Virus record (IMG/VR): IMGVR_UViG_3300020121_000439
Coordinates: 4,307-68,306 of that record
Strand: one strand, 5' to 3'
From: a virus
Length of the DNA stretch: 64,000 nt
The notes under the pieces were generated by a model, which saw only the letters and a list, made by a program, of their open reading frames with translations, did no database searches and was not told the DNA's origin. Position 1 is the stretch's first letter. The number at the start of each line of letters is the position of its first letter. Below, one piece after another: positions 1 to 9,598 of the stretch. A program made the position numbers and the translations under genes.

Positions 1-385
1 GGCCGCGCCTGGCGCACACTGGCGTGCACGGAGGGGAGGTCCGAGACGCCCGGGGGCGGTTTTGAGAGAGGTAACATCCATAATGCGGTAACTTTACAGT
101 TTTTCGAAAACGGAAGGTCGTAAACACGCGACTCTACGCCAATTCACGGTCGGATTCTAAAGCCGAGGCGAAAACCGCTTCAGAATCTAAGGTTAGGAAA
201 TGGGGAAGTCGTTGAAAATCACGGATCGTTTCCCGCGAGAAGCGTCGGAGGCGAAGGTTCACTTCCGCGAGAACGAACGGACGCGTCTGGGGTCAAATAC
301 GGCCTGGCGCGGGGGCATTTAAACGCAAGGTCGGGTCGAGAACGGGCGTTCTGGGTTCTCGAATCACGAATGGACACTTTTCGGG

Positions 386-414
386 TTGACGCCCGCGCTC
401 GGGAGTGTTAGAGT
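386..414 (+). promoter_or_regulatory. sigma70-type promoter, near-leaderless transcript
   Basis: TTGACG-17 nt-TAGAGT, ATG 6 nt downstream at 421. Confidence 0.7.
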
Positions 415-420
415 AGCGAG

Positions 421-921
421 ATGAGAAACGCACTCAACACTTCAACGGATTTCACCTCGCACCATATCGAAGGGATCGCTCGGGAGGGTAATGTGCCGTT
501 CAGCGTCCCGCTCATCACGCCGATTGACGAAGGGTTCTGGCAAGGTGGGTGTATCGACGGTGTGTCGCTCGTTGGGAAATTCAAACACGTCATTAGTTTG
601 TATCCGTGGGAGCGGTACGAGCCGGGGTGTGAGCTGGACACCGCGCTCACGATTCGGTTGTATGATTCTGGCACGGTGCCGGACCCCGCGCAACTCTACT
701 CTGTCGCGACGTTGGTGAACGTCTGCCGCAAGCTCGGCCCGACGCTCGTGCATTGCCAGGCGGGGTTGAATCGTTCGGGGTTGGTGGCGGGTCTCGCGCT
801 GGTGCTCGGTGGAATGGAACCGGACGCGGCGATTCAAAAGTTGCGGGAGTCACGGTCCCCGGCGGTGTTGTGTAACAAGGCGTTTGAGAAGTGGTTAAGG
901 GAGCAGGGGGTGTCGAAATGA
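421..921 (+). CDS. dual-specificity/tyrosine protein phosphatase
   Basis: Catalytic loop VHCQAGLNRS (HCxxGxxR). Confidence 0.85.
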   Translation: MRNALNTSTDFTSHHIEGIAREGNVPFSVPLITPIDEGFWQGGCIDGVSLVGKFKHVISLYPWERYEPGCELDTALTIRLYDSGTVPDPAQLYSVATLVNVCRKLGPTLVHCQAGLNRSGLVAGLALVLGGMEPDAAIQKLRESRSPAVLCNKAFEKWLREQGVSK

Positions 922-1199
922 GCGAACGACTTTTCCAAAAACTCCCGCCGGTCGATCCCAAGCTTGAGCGGTTGCTCGACCAAGCCCGTGCTCTCCCGCC
1001 CATGACGCCCGAGGAACGCGAGGCGCAGCGGCGGTCGTTCGCGTACGGCAACTGCGCGATCGAAAATCTCGCGGTGACGAGGGAGGTGGTGGACAGAGCG
1101 GCGGACGAACTCTCCCATCGCGAACTGCCGTCTCATCACCTTGGACACCACATCGGCGCGGTCCATCCCGACATCCTGAAATACGAGAGGCCGAAATGA
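918..1199 (+). CDS. hypothetical protein
   Basis: ATGA overlap with neighbours on both sides. Confidence 0.6.
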   Translation: MSERLFQKLPPVDPKLERLLDQARALPPMTPEEREAQRRSFAYGNCAIENLAVTREVVDRAADELSHRELPSHHLGHHIGAVHPDILKYERPK

Positions 1200-1708
1200 A
1201 GGTGATAATTCTCTGTGGCGGGCGGACGTTTTCGCGCTACTCACTCATCTACGCCGCGCTCGAAGCCGAGCGCCCGAATATCAAGTTCGTGGTGCAGGGT
1301 GGGCAGTCCGGCGCAGACTCGCACGGGAAGAACGCCGCGGTCATACTCAAGCTGCCGCACCTTCAGGTTGACGCGGAGTGGACGAGGTTCGGGCGGAGCG
1401 CAGGAATGCTGCGAAATGAAAAGATGCTCGAAGCTGCGACGAAGCTCGTGGGCGAGGGCGATTATGTTGAGGTGTGGGCGTTCCGAGATGATCTGTGGGC
1501 GCCGGACCCGAACACGGGTGGGAATGGCACGTTGGATATGTGCGCCAGGGCGCTCTCGATTGGTGTTCCCGCGCGGTGGTATTCGCGGTCGTTGGGATTC
1601 AAGCCGTTGATTTGGGCGGACGATCGCGTCGTGGTGAATGGCGGGGAGACGTTCGCGCACGATATCGAAGCTTGTGCAACCGCCGCTGCTAAACTAATTG
1701 CAGGATGA
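1196..1708 (+). CDS. YspA/DUF2493-like SLOG family protein
   Basis: IILCGGRTF, VVQGGQSGAD, AEWTRFGRSAGMLRNEKM and GNGTLDM motifs. Confidence 0.75.
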   Translation: MKVIILCGGRTFSRYSLIYAALEAERPNIKFVVQGGQSGADSHGKNAAVILKLPHLQVDAEWTRFGRSAGMLRNEKMLEAATKLVGEGDYVEVWAFRDDLWAPDPNTGGNGTLDMCARALSIGVPARWYSRSLGFKPLIWADDRVVVNGGETFAHDIEACATAAAKLIAG

Positions 1709-2229
1709 ACCGCGCTACCGCCACGAAACTCTTCCCTGAACCCGTCAAGAAAGCTCTCTGCCATCCCTCGCGCCCCGAGAAGGCGAAGGGGATGTGCTCG
1801 CCGTGTTATAGGGCGGACTTGAAGGCGAAGGCCGAAGCGGCGGCACTGGAGCGGTCAAAAGCGACCGAGGGCGATAAGAATGAGACGGCGATTCTACGCG
1901 ATCTCGAAAAGGATCCGGAAGCGAAGAAACGGTTCTACGAAATTATGTGGGCGTGGTTAGATGCGGCGGCGAACGTGCCGGAGTGTTGGAAAACGGAGAA
2001 TGGTAAAAGAGTCCGGGATTACGCGACCGAAGCGAAGTTGAGCGAGATCGCCCAGCGGAAAGGTGATAAAGCGGCGACGGTGCTCGGGCGCGCTTACGTC
2101 GTGGAGAAGAGAGAAGAGATTAAACCCGAGCCCCTCCCACTCGGACCCGAGATCGACGCGAGCGGGTGGGAGCCGGACGAGATGGGTGCGAACGAAACCG
2201 ACGAAGGAGCCGAACGTGAACAAGAATAG
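1705..2229 (+). CDS. possible terminase small subunit with N-terminal zinc-binding motif
   Basis: CHP...GMCSPCY, helical body, acidic tail; upstream of TerL; preceded by TAAACTA. Confidence 0.4.
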   Translation: MNRATATKLFPEPVKKALCHPSRPEKAKGMCSPCYRADLKAKAEAAALERSKATEGDKNETAILRDLEKDPEAKKRFYEIMWAWLDAAANVPECWKTENGKRVRDYATEAKLSEIAQRKGDKAATVLGRAYVVEKREEIKPEPLPLGPEIDASGWEPDEMGANETDEGAEREQE

Positions 2230-2659
2230 TTTTCCCAGAGGCGGTTCAGCGCAGAGCGGAGGCCCAGCACCAGGCGGCAATGATATGAGTGCGACTCTCG
2301 CTCCCGCACCACCGCCGTTGCCCGCGAACGCCGGCCCCGGCACGGTACCGATACAGAATTCGACACCCACGATGAACGCCGCGCCTCCCACGTCGGGACT
2401 TGCGGACATGCGTAACGCCGGGCCGGGGCCGCTACCGTCCACGTACGGCTCTTCGCCTCAGGATATTGTGAATGCCGCGTACGGCTCCAAGCTCCCGAGC
2501 GACACGGCGGCGGGCGGTAACGCGTATGGAGATTTGATCGCGGCGAGCGGTGCGCCCGCTGTCGTCCCACAGACGGGCTCGGGAGCGCAGGCTCCCGCTC
2601 TTGCGCCTCCGCTAACGCCGCGGCCGAGCGGGATTGACAGAATACCGAACATGGTTTAG
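2216..2659 (+). CDS. Pro/Ala/Gly-rich hypothetical protein
   Basis: GTG start overlapping upstream gene, followed by terminator. Confidence 0.5.
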   Translation: MNKNSFPRGGSAQSGGPAPGGNDMSATLAPAPPPLPANAGPGTVPIQNSTPTMNAAPPTSGLADMRNAGPGPLPSTYGSSPQDIVNAAYGSKLPSDTAAGGNAYGDLIAASGAPAVVPQTGSGAQAPALAPPLTPRPSGIDRIPNMV

Positions 2660-2662
2660 AAT
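2634..2662 (+). promoter_or_regulatory. sigma70-type promoter
   Basis: TTGACA-17 nt-TAGAAT. Confidence 0.55.
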
Positions 2663-2677
2663 CACGCTTAATGCACG

Positions 2678-2713
2678 AAAGCGGTTCGGGATTGCAGACT
2701 CGGGCCGCTTTTT
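2678..2713 (+). terminator. intrinsic terminator
   Basis: AAAGCGGTTCGGG...CTCGGGCCGCTTTTT hairpin with U tract. Confidence 0.6.
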
Positions 2714-2816
2714 CGCGTTCGGGCTGCCCGCTACACTCTCCTCTCTCCTGTAAACTATTATCTGAGTGCTCCACCGGGCGACGGCCCGTATCTTCGAATT
2801 CGAGGTTCGCAGCAAA

Positions 2817-3800
2817 ATGAAAAAGTCCATGAAAATTCTGGCGACGACACTGTTCGCGGTCGCCCTCATACTAACGTCCACGTCCGCCTTCGCACAGGGT
2901 GGGTGTATTTTGTTCCCCACTCCGCCCGAGTACCAAGGCAACCCGAATGCGACGAACGTGTATCGCGTCGCGTCGGGAATCAACGCTTCCGGCGCCCCCG
3001 TCACCACGACCCCGATCTCCACCGACTCGACCCTGGCGACGACCGTAACGCAGCCCGTTGCCGTCCCGCAGAACATCGGCACACCGCTCACCATCTGCGC
3101 GCCCGCTGGCCCGTACACGTTGCAATTTAACACTTCGAACGCTGGTGGAGGTTTCTTCAATTACAACTTTATCGTCCCCGCAGACGCCACGAAAACGGTC
3201 GCGAGCGTGTTCAAAATCGTGGACGGCACCGATAATACGAAAGTCCTCGCGTTCACCACTTCCGGCGAAACCACGGGAATTACAGGGACAATCGCTGCGG
3301 CGTTCACCACAGCGAAGACCCTCACGCTCCCCGACGCCACGGACACGCTGGTTGGAAAAGCAACCACGGATTCTTTAAGCAATAAATCCTTCCCGACCGC
3401 GGGTGTGGGGTTTACGAACGCCACGTCTGGGACCGTGACGGTAGCGGCCCCCACCGGCGCACTGGGCACGCCGACTGTTACGCTTCCAGCGCTGACGGGT
3501 TCGCTCGCTACGGGTTATTCTTGTGGTGCGTCGTTGGCTGCGGGTGGAACCTGTCCAAATACGTCGCTGGGCGGCACCGGGCATTTTGTGGTGGGGACGT
3601 TTTTGCTGGCGGGAAATACGTCGGCGGTTGTGGGTATTTCTCCCGCGTTCACATCTTCGACTTCCTGGAACTGTGTGGCGAATGATATTACGACTCGCGC
3701 GAACCCAGTGCAGGCGATTCCTCAAAGCGGCACGGCATTTACGATCACGAACACCACCGGCGCGACCGATTTGATATCGGTGATTTGCGCCGGGAACTAA
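2817..3800 (+). CDS. fibre-like Thr/Gly-rich protein with Sec signal peptide
   Basis: MKKSMKILATTLFAVALILTSTSAFA|Q; fibre-like TLTLPDATDTLVGKATTDSLSNK segment; six Cys. Confidence 0.7.
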   Translation: MKKSMKILATTLFAVALILTSTSAFAQGGCILFPTPPEYQGNPNATNVYRVASGINASGAPVTTTPISTDSTLATTVTQPVAVPQNIGTPLTICAPAGPYTLQFNTSNAGGGFFNYNFIVPADATKTVASVFKIVDGTDNTKVLAFTTSGETTGITGTIAAAFTTAKTLTLPDATDTLVGKATTDSLSNKSFPTAGVGFTNATSGTVTVAAPTGALGTPTVTLPALTGSLATGYSCGASLAAGGTCPNTSLGGTGHFVVGTFLLAGNTSAVVGISPAFTSSTSWNCVANDITTRANPVQAIPQSGTAFTITNTTGATDLISVICAGN

Positions 3801-3852
3801 AACGGGTATTTCGCGTTGAAGTCGTCCGCCGATTAATGACACGGGACTTCCG

Positions 3853-3882
3853 GGGCCGGGCCAGAGATGGTTCGGCCCTTTT
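3853..3882 (+). terminator. intrinsic terminator
   Basis: GGGCCGGGCC...GGTTCGGCCC TTTT. Confidence 0.6.
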
Positions 3883-3906
3883 CGCGTTCGGTTAAACTTA
3901 GAGTAG

Positions 3907-5496
3907 ATGAACCCCGCGCCCCACGCTTTCAAGCCCCGTCTCACTCCCTCACAAAAAGCCTACATCGATTTCCCTAAAGTCGGCCAGGTAGAGAAGGGCT
4001 ACACCGTTTTTCAGGAAATGATCGAAGGGGGCTTCGCGAGTGGCAAGTCGCACATAGGACTACAGAAATCCCTCTATCTCCTCGCGAAGTATCCGAAGAA
4101 CGAATGGATGTTTGCGAGAATGCGTGGGAGTGATTTGGAGAAGACGTTGATTCCGGAATTTTTTAAGCAGTGTCCGGAGAGTTGGATCGCGCACGTGCAT
4201 AAACGCGGCCAAACGGGAATGGTCGTGCATCTCAAAAATCAGTCAATCGCATATTTCCAGCACATTCGCGACGCGAGTGCGCTCGGCACGAAGACCCGGC
4301 GCACTGGCCACAACCTCGGCGGATTTCTTGTCGAGCAAGCGGAGGAGATCACGCGTGAGGAATGGGTAGCATTGAACGGACGGTTGCGTAACCCGAATGC
4401 GAAGGTGAGGTTCGCGTTGGGGAATGCTAACCCCGCCGGGCGCGATTGGATTTATGAAGACTTCTTTCCAAACTACATCCCACTTGACCCGTTGAACGGC
4501 GTTTTCTACCGTTCCTATGTAAACGGAAATAAACTCGGCATTCACGTTGACTCGCTCGAAAACCGCAAGAGCAACGGCGGGTTCGTGGACGACGGATTCT
4601 TCGATAACTACATCCAGAACTCTCCGCCCGAGTTCGTCCGGCGATACATCCACGCGAGTTTTGAGAACTTCAGCGGGAAGGTCTATAGCGAATACACCCT
4701 AACGTCCGTTCATAATATCGAGCCGCTCCCCCGCGCCCTCACCGACTCGTGGGAGTGCGTGGTGCCGATTGACGTGGGTGGGAGCTGTCCGTGGGGAGTG
4801 CTTGACATCCGCGTGGACGATTTCGGGAATTTGGTGGTGATTGGGGAGTTTGCGGAGGCGACGGCGGTGACGGAACACGTCGCGGGGTGGATCAAGAAGA
4901 ACGTGCCGTACGATTCGTTTCGAACGACGTTTGTGATTGATCCAGAGAATAAAGTCGCGGCTGAAGACCTGTCGCGAATGGGGATTTATTGTCGCGTGGC
5001 GGAGAAGCACGTTTACGCCGGGACGTTGCGGGTCGCCTCGTACCTCCACCTCAACAAACAACTCCTCGCGCCGAAGTGGTTGAGAGAGTTACAACCGGAG
5101 TTGGCGGAGAGGATTAAACGGGAAGGTTGTCCCCGGATGTTCTTCGTTTCGACGTGCGGGAAGGTACGGAGCGAGCACGACCGCGTGACGTGGGACGAGA
5201 GGTACACGAACCAGATTAAGAAAACGGCGACGGATCGCTTCGATCTGGTGGACGCGGCAAGGTACGGGGTCGCCACCCGCCCCGAACCCACGAGATTGAT
5301 CGTCGTGGACGAGACGATGAAGAGGTTGAGGGTAGAGTCGCCCGAGGCGGCACAGGAAGCGGAAATGGAGCGGAAAGTCTGGGCCGCGGCGATGTCGCGC
5401 AAGAGTCCGGTGAGCGGCGCGTTTGAGGACGAGGGGATTTGGAACCAGGGTGAGAGCGGGTTGTATTTGCCGGTGGGGAAGATAGAGTGGGATTGA
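3907..5496 (+). CDS. terL: terminase large subunit
   Basis: Walker A GGFASGKS, Walker B FLVEQAEE, GRLR and NANP motifs, RNase H-like IDVG, C-terminal DLVDAARY. Confidence 0.92.
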   Translation: MNPAPHAFKPRLTPSQKAYIDFPKVGQVEKGYTVFQEMIEGGFASGKSHIGLQKSLYLLAKYPKNEWMFARMRGSDLEKTLIPEFFKQCPESWIAHVHKRGQTGMVVHLKNQSIAYFQHIRDASALGTKTRRTGHNLGGFLVEQAEEITREEWVALNGRLRNPNAKVRFALGNANPAGRDWIYEDFFPNYIPLDPLNGVFYRSYVNGNKLGIHVDSLENRKSNGGFVDDGFFDNYIQNSPPEFVRRYIHASFENFSGKVYSEYTLTSVHNIEPLPRALTDSWECVVPIDVGGSCPWGVLDIRVDDFGNLVVIGEFAEATAVTEHVAGWIKKNVPYDSFRTTFVIDPENKVAAEDLSRMGIYCRVAEKHVYAGTLRVASYLHLNKQLLAPKWLRELQPELAERIKREGCPRMFFVSTCGKVRSEHDRVTWDERYTNQIKKTATDRFDLVDAARYGVATRPEPTRLIVVDETMKRLRVESPEAAQEAEMERKVWAAAMSRKSPVSGAFEDEGIWNQGESGLYLPVGKIEWD

Positions 5497-5549
5497 GCGA
5501 CGGTCGCACCGAGCGTGGTGTCGCGTAAACTAGTGGGAGAGACGCTAAA

Positions 5550-5879
5550 ATGTGGATTAAGCGGGCGAAATACGACGAATTGGTGCGGGCCGAGGCGTTG
5601 AACGCCCACCTCCAAAACGAAATCGAATACTGGCGCGGGAAGTTCGAGGACGAGCGCGCACGGGCCGATCGCATTGGGGACCGGGCGTTTGAGATGGACG
5701 GGCGTGCTCCCGTGAGCGTGACGGGGATTCGCGAGGCGAGGGTGGACGCGAAGGCGATGAAGGAAGAGATGGAGAGACGAATTAAAGAAATGTCCGGCGC
5801 GTGGGAAGAAGACGACGGTAGCGAGTTTATTCACGACGACCAGATCGAACTCGTGGTGGAAGGCGGGGAGAATAAATGA
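5550..5879 (+). CDS. coiled-coil hypothetical protein
   Basis: GGAGA RBS, lies between TerL and portal. Confidence 0.7.
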   Translation: MWIKRAKYDELVRAEALNAHLQNEIEYWRGKFEDERARADRIGDRAFEMDGRAPVSVTGIREARVDAKAMKEEMERRIKEMSGAWEEDDGSEFIHDDQIELVVEGGENK

Positions 5880-8347
5880 TCGACGGTTCAGTCGAAGTCG
5901 ATGACGCGAAAACAGGGTTGGAGTCGGTGGGGATGCTGCCGGTCGAAGCGGGGGAGAAGCCCGAGCCGTATGACGCCACGAATCCCGCTCAACGTTTGCG
6001 AGTGTCGAAGCTAATCGACGAGTTTTTGCGTATCCACGATTCGTTGAGGTTGCAGTTTGAGTGGGCGGCGTTCCGTAATTTATGCATGATCGCCGGGGCG
6101 CACGACGTGATTCGAACGAAAGGGCGCGTTCGACTCCGTAATATTCCTGATACGTTCCCGCGCACCTACACAAACAAGATTCGGGAGAAACGCAACGATT
6201 TGGTGAGCGCCGTAGCGCAAGGCCGCGTTCCGATCAAGCACCTTCCCGCTACGGACGACGACGCGGCGCACGCCACAGCGGAAATCGGCGAGCGCGTGCG
6301 GGACGTGATTTACACCGAGACCGCGCTGGACGAGAAGGAAGCGGAGATCGCCGGTTGGTTTATTGATACGGGGAATGTGTTTCTCCACCCGTATTACGAT
6401 TACGACGAAAAGTACGGGACGGCGCCGAGTGCGAAACAGAATTGTCCACAATGCGGCGGGATGTACGGAGCGACGGAACAAGCGGAACACGATATTGATG
6501 AAGCGGCACCGATGTGTCCCGAGTGCGGGCCGGATTTAGAGAACGGCCAGAATGGGAATCCGCCGTCCGCGCTCCAGCCCGCGATCTCGCCCGAAGAATT
6601 AGCGGCGTTAAAGCCCGAGGACGCAGCGAAGGATGATCGTGTTGATATGCTGCCGATCGGCGCGTTGTGCGTGGATGTGTTGTCGTCGTTCGAGGTCCGG
6701 GGTGATTACCGTATTCGTGATTCGCGAAACTGGACGTGGTGGGTCAGGATACAGCGGTATGATGTGTCCGACGCGAAGGAGAAATTTAATTACGATGGCG
6801 GCGCAGACGAGACCACCGACGGCACGAATCATTCGTTATTCTATCTCGACGTAATCGCTGCGTTGAGCGACCAGTTTAATCCTCAAGGCGGTTTGGGAAA
6901 CGTCGCGGCGAGTTCGCGCAAGATGCCGAAGGTCACGGCGTACACGTTGTTCATGCTGCCGAATGAGGATTTTCCCGAGGGTTTGTGCGCGAAACGAATC
7001 GGCAAACTCCCACAATACGTAATCGACATCGACCCGCTCGACACCGAGTACGGCGTGGGTGTGAAGAAGGGGAAGAAGTTTCTACCGCTCGTTCACGGGA
7101 AAGCGGTGGCGCAAAGCGGGCGGTTGTTGGGCTCCTCGCCCCTCGACGACGCCGTTCCGCTCCAGAAAGAACGCAACAACGTCCGCCGGGCGATTGAGAT
7201 GGAGATTCGCAGGATGGCGGGGAGCGGGTGGTTAAACCCAAAAGGTTCGGGATTGGAATCAACATCGTTCACGGGCGACGCGGGGTTGGTATTGGGCTAT
7301 AACCCGGTGACACTGGGCGGCACAACGCCGCTCAAGCCCGAGCGCATCGTCCCACAGCTCCAATTCCTACAATACCTGCTTGAGCAAGTGAAACAAATCG
7401 ACGATGAGATTGAGCGGGTGACGGGAACGTATTTTCTCGCCGGGGGGGACAGTCCGCCCGGAGTTTCGGCCGCCAGTGCTTTGTCGCTCCTTGACCAACG
7501 CTCGAAGAAAGCCATCGGGCCGATGATGCGCGGGTGGGCCAAGATGTTTCTCGAACTCGACAAGCAAACGCTCGAAATCGCCCGGAAGCATTGGACGGAC
7601 AAACGCATTCACGTCGCCGCCGGCCAGAACAAAGATTACGAAGTCGCGAGTTTTATGAACTCCGATTTGCAGGGCGCGGTCACGATGGATATTGATTACG
7701 AGAGTTTGTTCCCGCAGAGCGAGGCGACGGAACGGGCCGAGATCACGCAGTTGATTCAGGGGCAGATTATTAATCCCCAAGACCCGGAGCAAAAACTCGA
7801 AGTATTGCGGCGGTTTGGGAAGATGGGGATGTTGCCGAGCGAGAGCAAGCATACACGCCGGGCGAGGATTGAGCAAAGCACATTCTTGAAGACCAGCCAG
7901 CCTCCCACGCTCCTTCCGATGGTCCACAATTCGATGATTCATATTCGAGAGCACGTCGAGTTCGCAAATACGGACGAGTTTATGGCGCTCGCACCCGAGT
8001 TACAACAGTTGTGGATCGCCCATATTCAAACCCATTTTGTGGACGAGGGCGCACGGCGCGGTTTACTCGCGGAGATGCAGCTCAACCCCGACGCGCCGGG
8101 AGCGGGGGATATTACCGAGGGCGGGGCGGTCGCTGCGGCACAGGGTGTAGGGAGCGTGATGGGTGGAGCGCAACCGGGTTCGACGGTGGGCAATCAAGTA
8201 GGGAGCGGCGGGCCACAGCGCAAACCGGGATTCACGGGTGGTGGGCCGAATCAAGCGAAGGCCGCGGACGCTCGCAGTCAACAAGTTCTGACTCAAGCTC
8301 CGGCACAACCGGCTGATTTGGCCGGCGCGGTCGAACCGGGGCAGTAG
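5876..8347 (+). CDS. portal protein (P22-like) with zinc-ribbon insertion
   Basis: 823 aa after TerL; SPLDDAVPLQKERN, IERVTG and SASALSLL motifs; CPQC...CPEC insertion. Confidence 0.85.
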   Translation: MIDGSVEVDDAKTGLESVGMLPVEAGEKPEPYDATNPAQRLRVSKLIDEFLRIHDSLRLQFEWAAFRNLCMIAGAHDVIRTKGRVRLRNIPDTFPRTYTNKIREKRNDLVSAVAQGRVPIKHLPATDDDAAHATAEIGERVRDVIYTETALDEKEAEIAGWFIDTGNVFLHPYYDYDEKYGTAPSAKQNCPQCGGMYGATEQAEHDIDEAAPMCPECGPDLENGQNGNPPSALQPAISPEELAALKPEDAAKDDRVDMLPIGALCVDVLSSFEVRGDYRIRDSRNWTWWVRIQRYDVSDAKEKFNYDGGADETTDGTNHSLFYLDVIAALSDQFNPQGGLGNVAASSRKMPKVTAYTLFMLPNEDFPEGLCAKRIGKLPQYVIDIDPLDTEYGVGVKKGKKFLPLVHGKAVAQSGRLLGSSPLDDAVPLQKERNNVRRAIEMEIRRMAGSGWLNPKGSGLESTSFTGDAGLVLGYNPVTLGGTTPLKPERIVPQLQFLQYLLEQVKQIDDEIERVTGTYFLAGGDSPPGVSAASALSLLDQRSKKAIGPMMRGWAKMFLELDKQTLEIARKHWTDKRIHVAAGQNKDYEVASFMNSDLQGAVTMDIDYESLFPQSEATERAEITQLIQGQIINPQDPEQKLEVLRRFGKMGMLPSESKHTRRARIEQSTFLKTSQPPTLLPMVHNSMIHIREHVEFANTDEFMALAPELQQLWIAHIQTHFVDEGARRGLLAEMQLNPDAPGAGDITEGGAVAAAQGVGSVMGGAQPGSTVGNQVGSGGPQRKPGFTGGGPNQAKAADARSQQVLTQAPAQPADLAGAVEPGQ

Positions 8348-8350
8348 AAT

Positions 8351-8536
8351 ATGAATATGCCCGAACTCACAAAATTACAACGCGAACTGTTCGATTTTGC
8401 GCACCGCGCCGACCACCTCAATTCCGAACTCCGCGAATTGAAGGAGAGTGAAGATTACATCGAGGTCAATAATCTCCGCGATTACCTCAACGTGATCGCG
8501 CGGAAGGCGGAGTACGTGTCGAGCGTAGTAAAGTAG
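8351..8536 (+). CDS. hypothetical protein
   Basis: Tightly packed ORF in head module. Confidence 0.55.
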   Translation: MNMPELTKLQRELFDFAHRADHLNSELRELKESEDYIEVNNLRDYLNVIARKAEYVSSVVK

Positions 8537-8551
8537 GAATAGGAGTTGCAC

Positions 8552-8755
8552 ATGCCCGCTTTTTTAGAGTCGAAGTTGAAGAAGGAATATCCCGGCGATA
8601 AAGCCGCACCTTTTAAAGTAATGAACTCCATCGGCGCAATGCGGGGGAATGTTGAGACTCCGCTCGGTCGCGAGATGGAAGCGAAGCACAACGCGAAGAA
8701 ACCGAAGTCGTCCGGATTGGCGAAGATGCGCGACACCGATAAGGACGGGGTTTAA
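8552..8755 (+). CDS. small basic protein
   Basis: AGGAG RBS; ends ...KSSGLAKMR, like the next gene. Confidence 0.65.
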   Translation: MPAFLESKLKKEYPGDKAAPFKVMNSIGAMRGNVETPLGREMEAKHNAKKPKSSGLAKMRDTDKDGV

Positions 8756-8756
8756 C

Positions 8757-8972
8757 GTGGCGAAACTCGACTCCGCAACCCGCAATGCACTGCCATCAAA
8801 GTCGTTCGTGTTTCCCGCCGAACGTAAGTACCCAATTCCCGATTCTTCTCATGCTATCGACGCGCTTTCTCGCGCCTCCGCCCAAGGCGGGGACGTGAAG
8901 GAGAAAGTTGACGCCGCCGTCCACCGTAAGTTTCCGGGTATTGGGAAGTCCTCTGGCCTCGCCAAGATGTAG
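8757..8972 (+). CDS. small head-module protein (KYPIPDxxHAxxAL type, DUF6582-like)
   Basis: RNALPSKSFVFPAERKYPIPDSSHAIDALSR. Confidence 0.65.
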   Translation: MAKLDSATRNALPSKSFVFPAERKYPIPDSSHAIDALSRASAQGGDVKEKVDAAVHRKFPGIGKSSGLAKM

Positions 8973-9085
8973 TTCCCTGCACTTTCCCCTTGACAAATCC
9001 TTCCTTCCGTGCTCCATACGATACACTATCTATAGCACAGCACCAACATTACGAAAGCGTCAGAAGCGTTAAGGAGTCTCTCAAA

Positions 9086-9517
9086 ATGGCAATAGTCGTG
9101 AAAGATTGGAATGAATATGTGATGGAACTGTCGGTTCCCGGCACTCAAACGGTCGCGAACGATCTCGAAGTAATGGTCGTACCGTTTCCCGGCGTCATTC
9201 GAGGGATTCTGGCGAGGCTCGACACCGCGGGAGTTACCGGGACGCAGATCACCGATATCAAGAAGAACGGAACGTCAATTTTTTCGGGTTCTGGGAAGCT
9301 GAATTTTGGCGACGGTCTCCGCGTGCCGACGTACGGCGTGTATACGGCGAACCCGACCGTGGTGGCGAAGGGCGATACGCTATCGATCCACACCACACAG
9401 GTGAATTCCGGCACTCCGGGCAAGTCGCTGGCGATCCAGATCAATATCCGCCGGTCGCGTGCGTCGCAACTGGGCACCGATAACGACTCGATCTCGGCGA
9501 CGAGCGACGCGGTTTAG
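9086..9517 (+). CDS. putative head decoration/cement protein
   Basis: AAGGAG RBS, beta-rich, head-module position. Confidence 0.55.
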   Translation: MAIVVKDWNEYVMELSVPGTQTVANDLEVMVVPFPGVIRGILARLDTAGVTGTQITDIKKNGTSIFSGSGKLNFGDGLRVPTYGVYTANPTVVAKGDTLSIHTTQVNSGTPGKSLAIQINIRRSRASQLGTDNDSISATSDAV

Positions 9518-9598
9518 TAAAGTTCGGGGGACGCGCGGCAACGTGCAGTTCCCCTATCTCAAAACGCTGGTTACTCCAGCGTGGAAAAGAAGTGAAAA

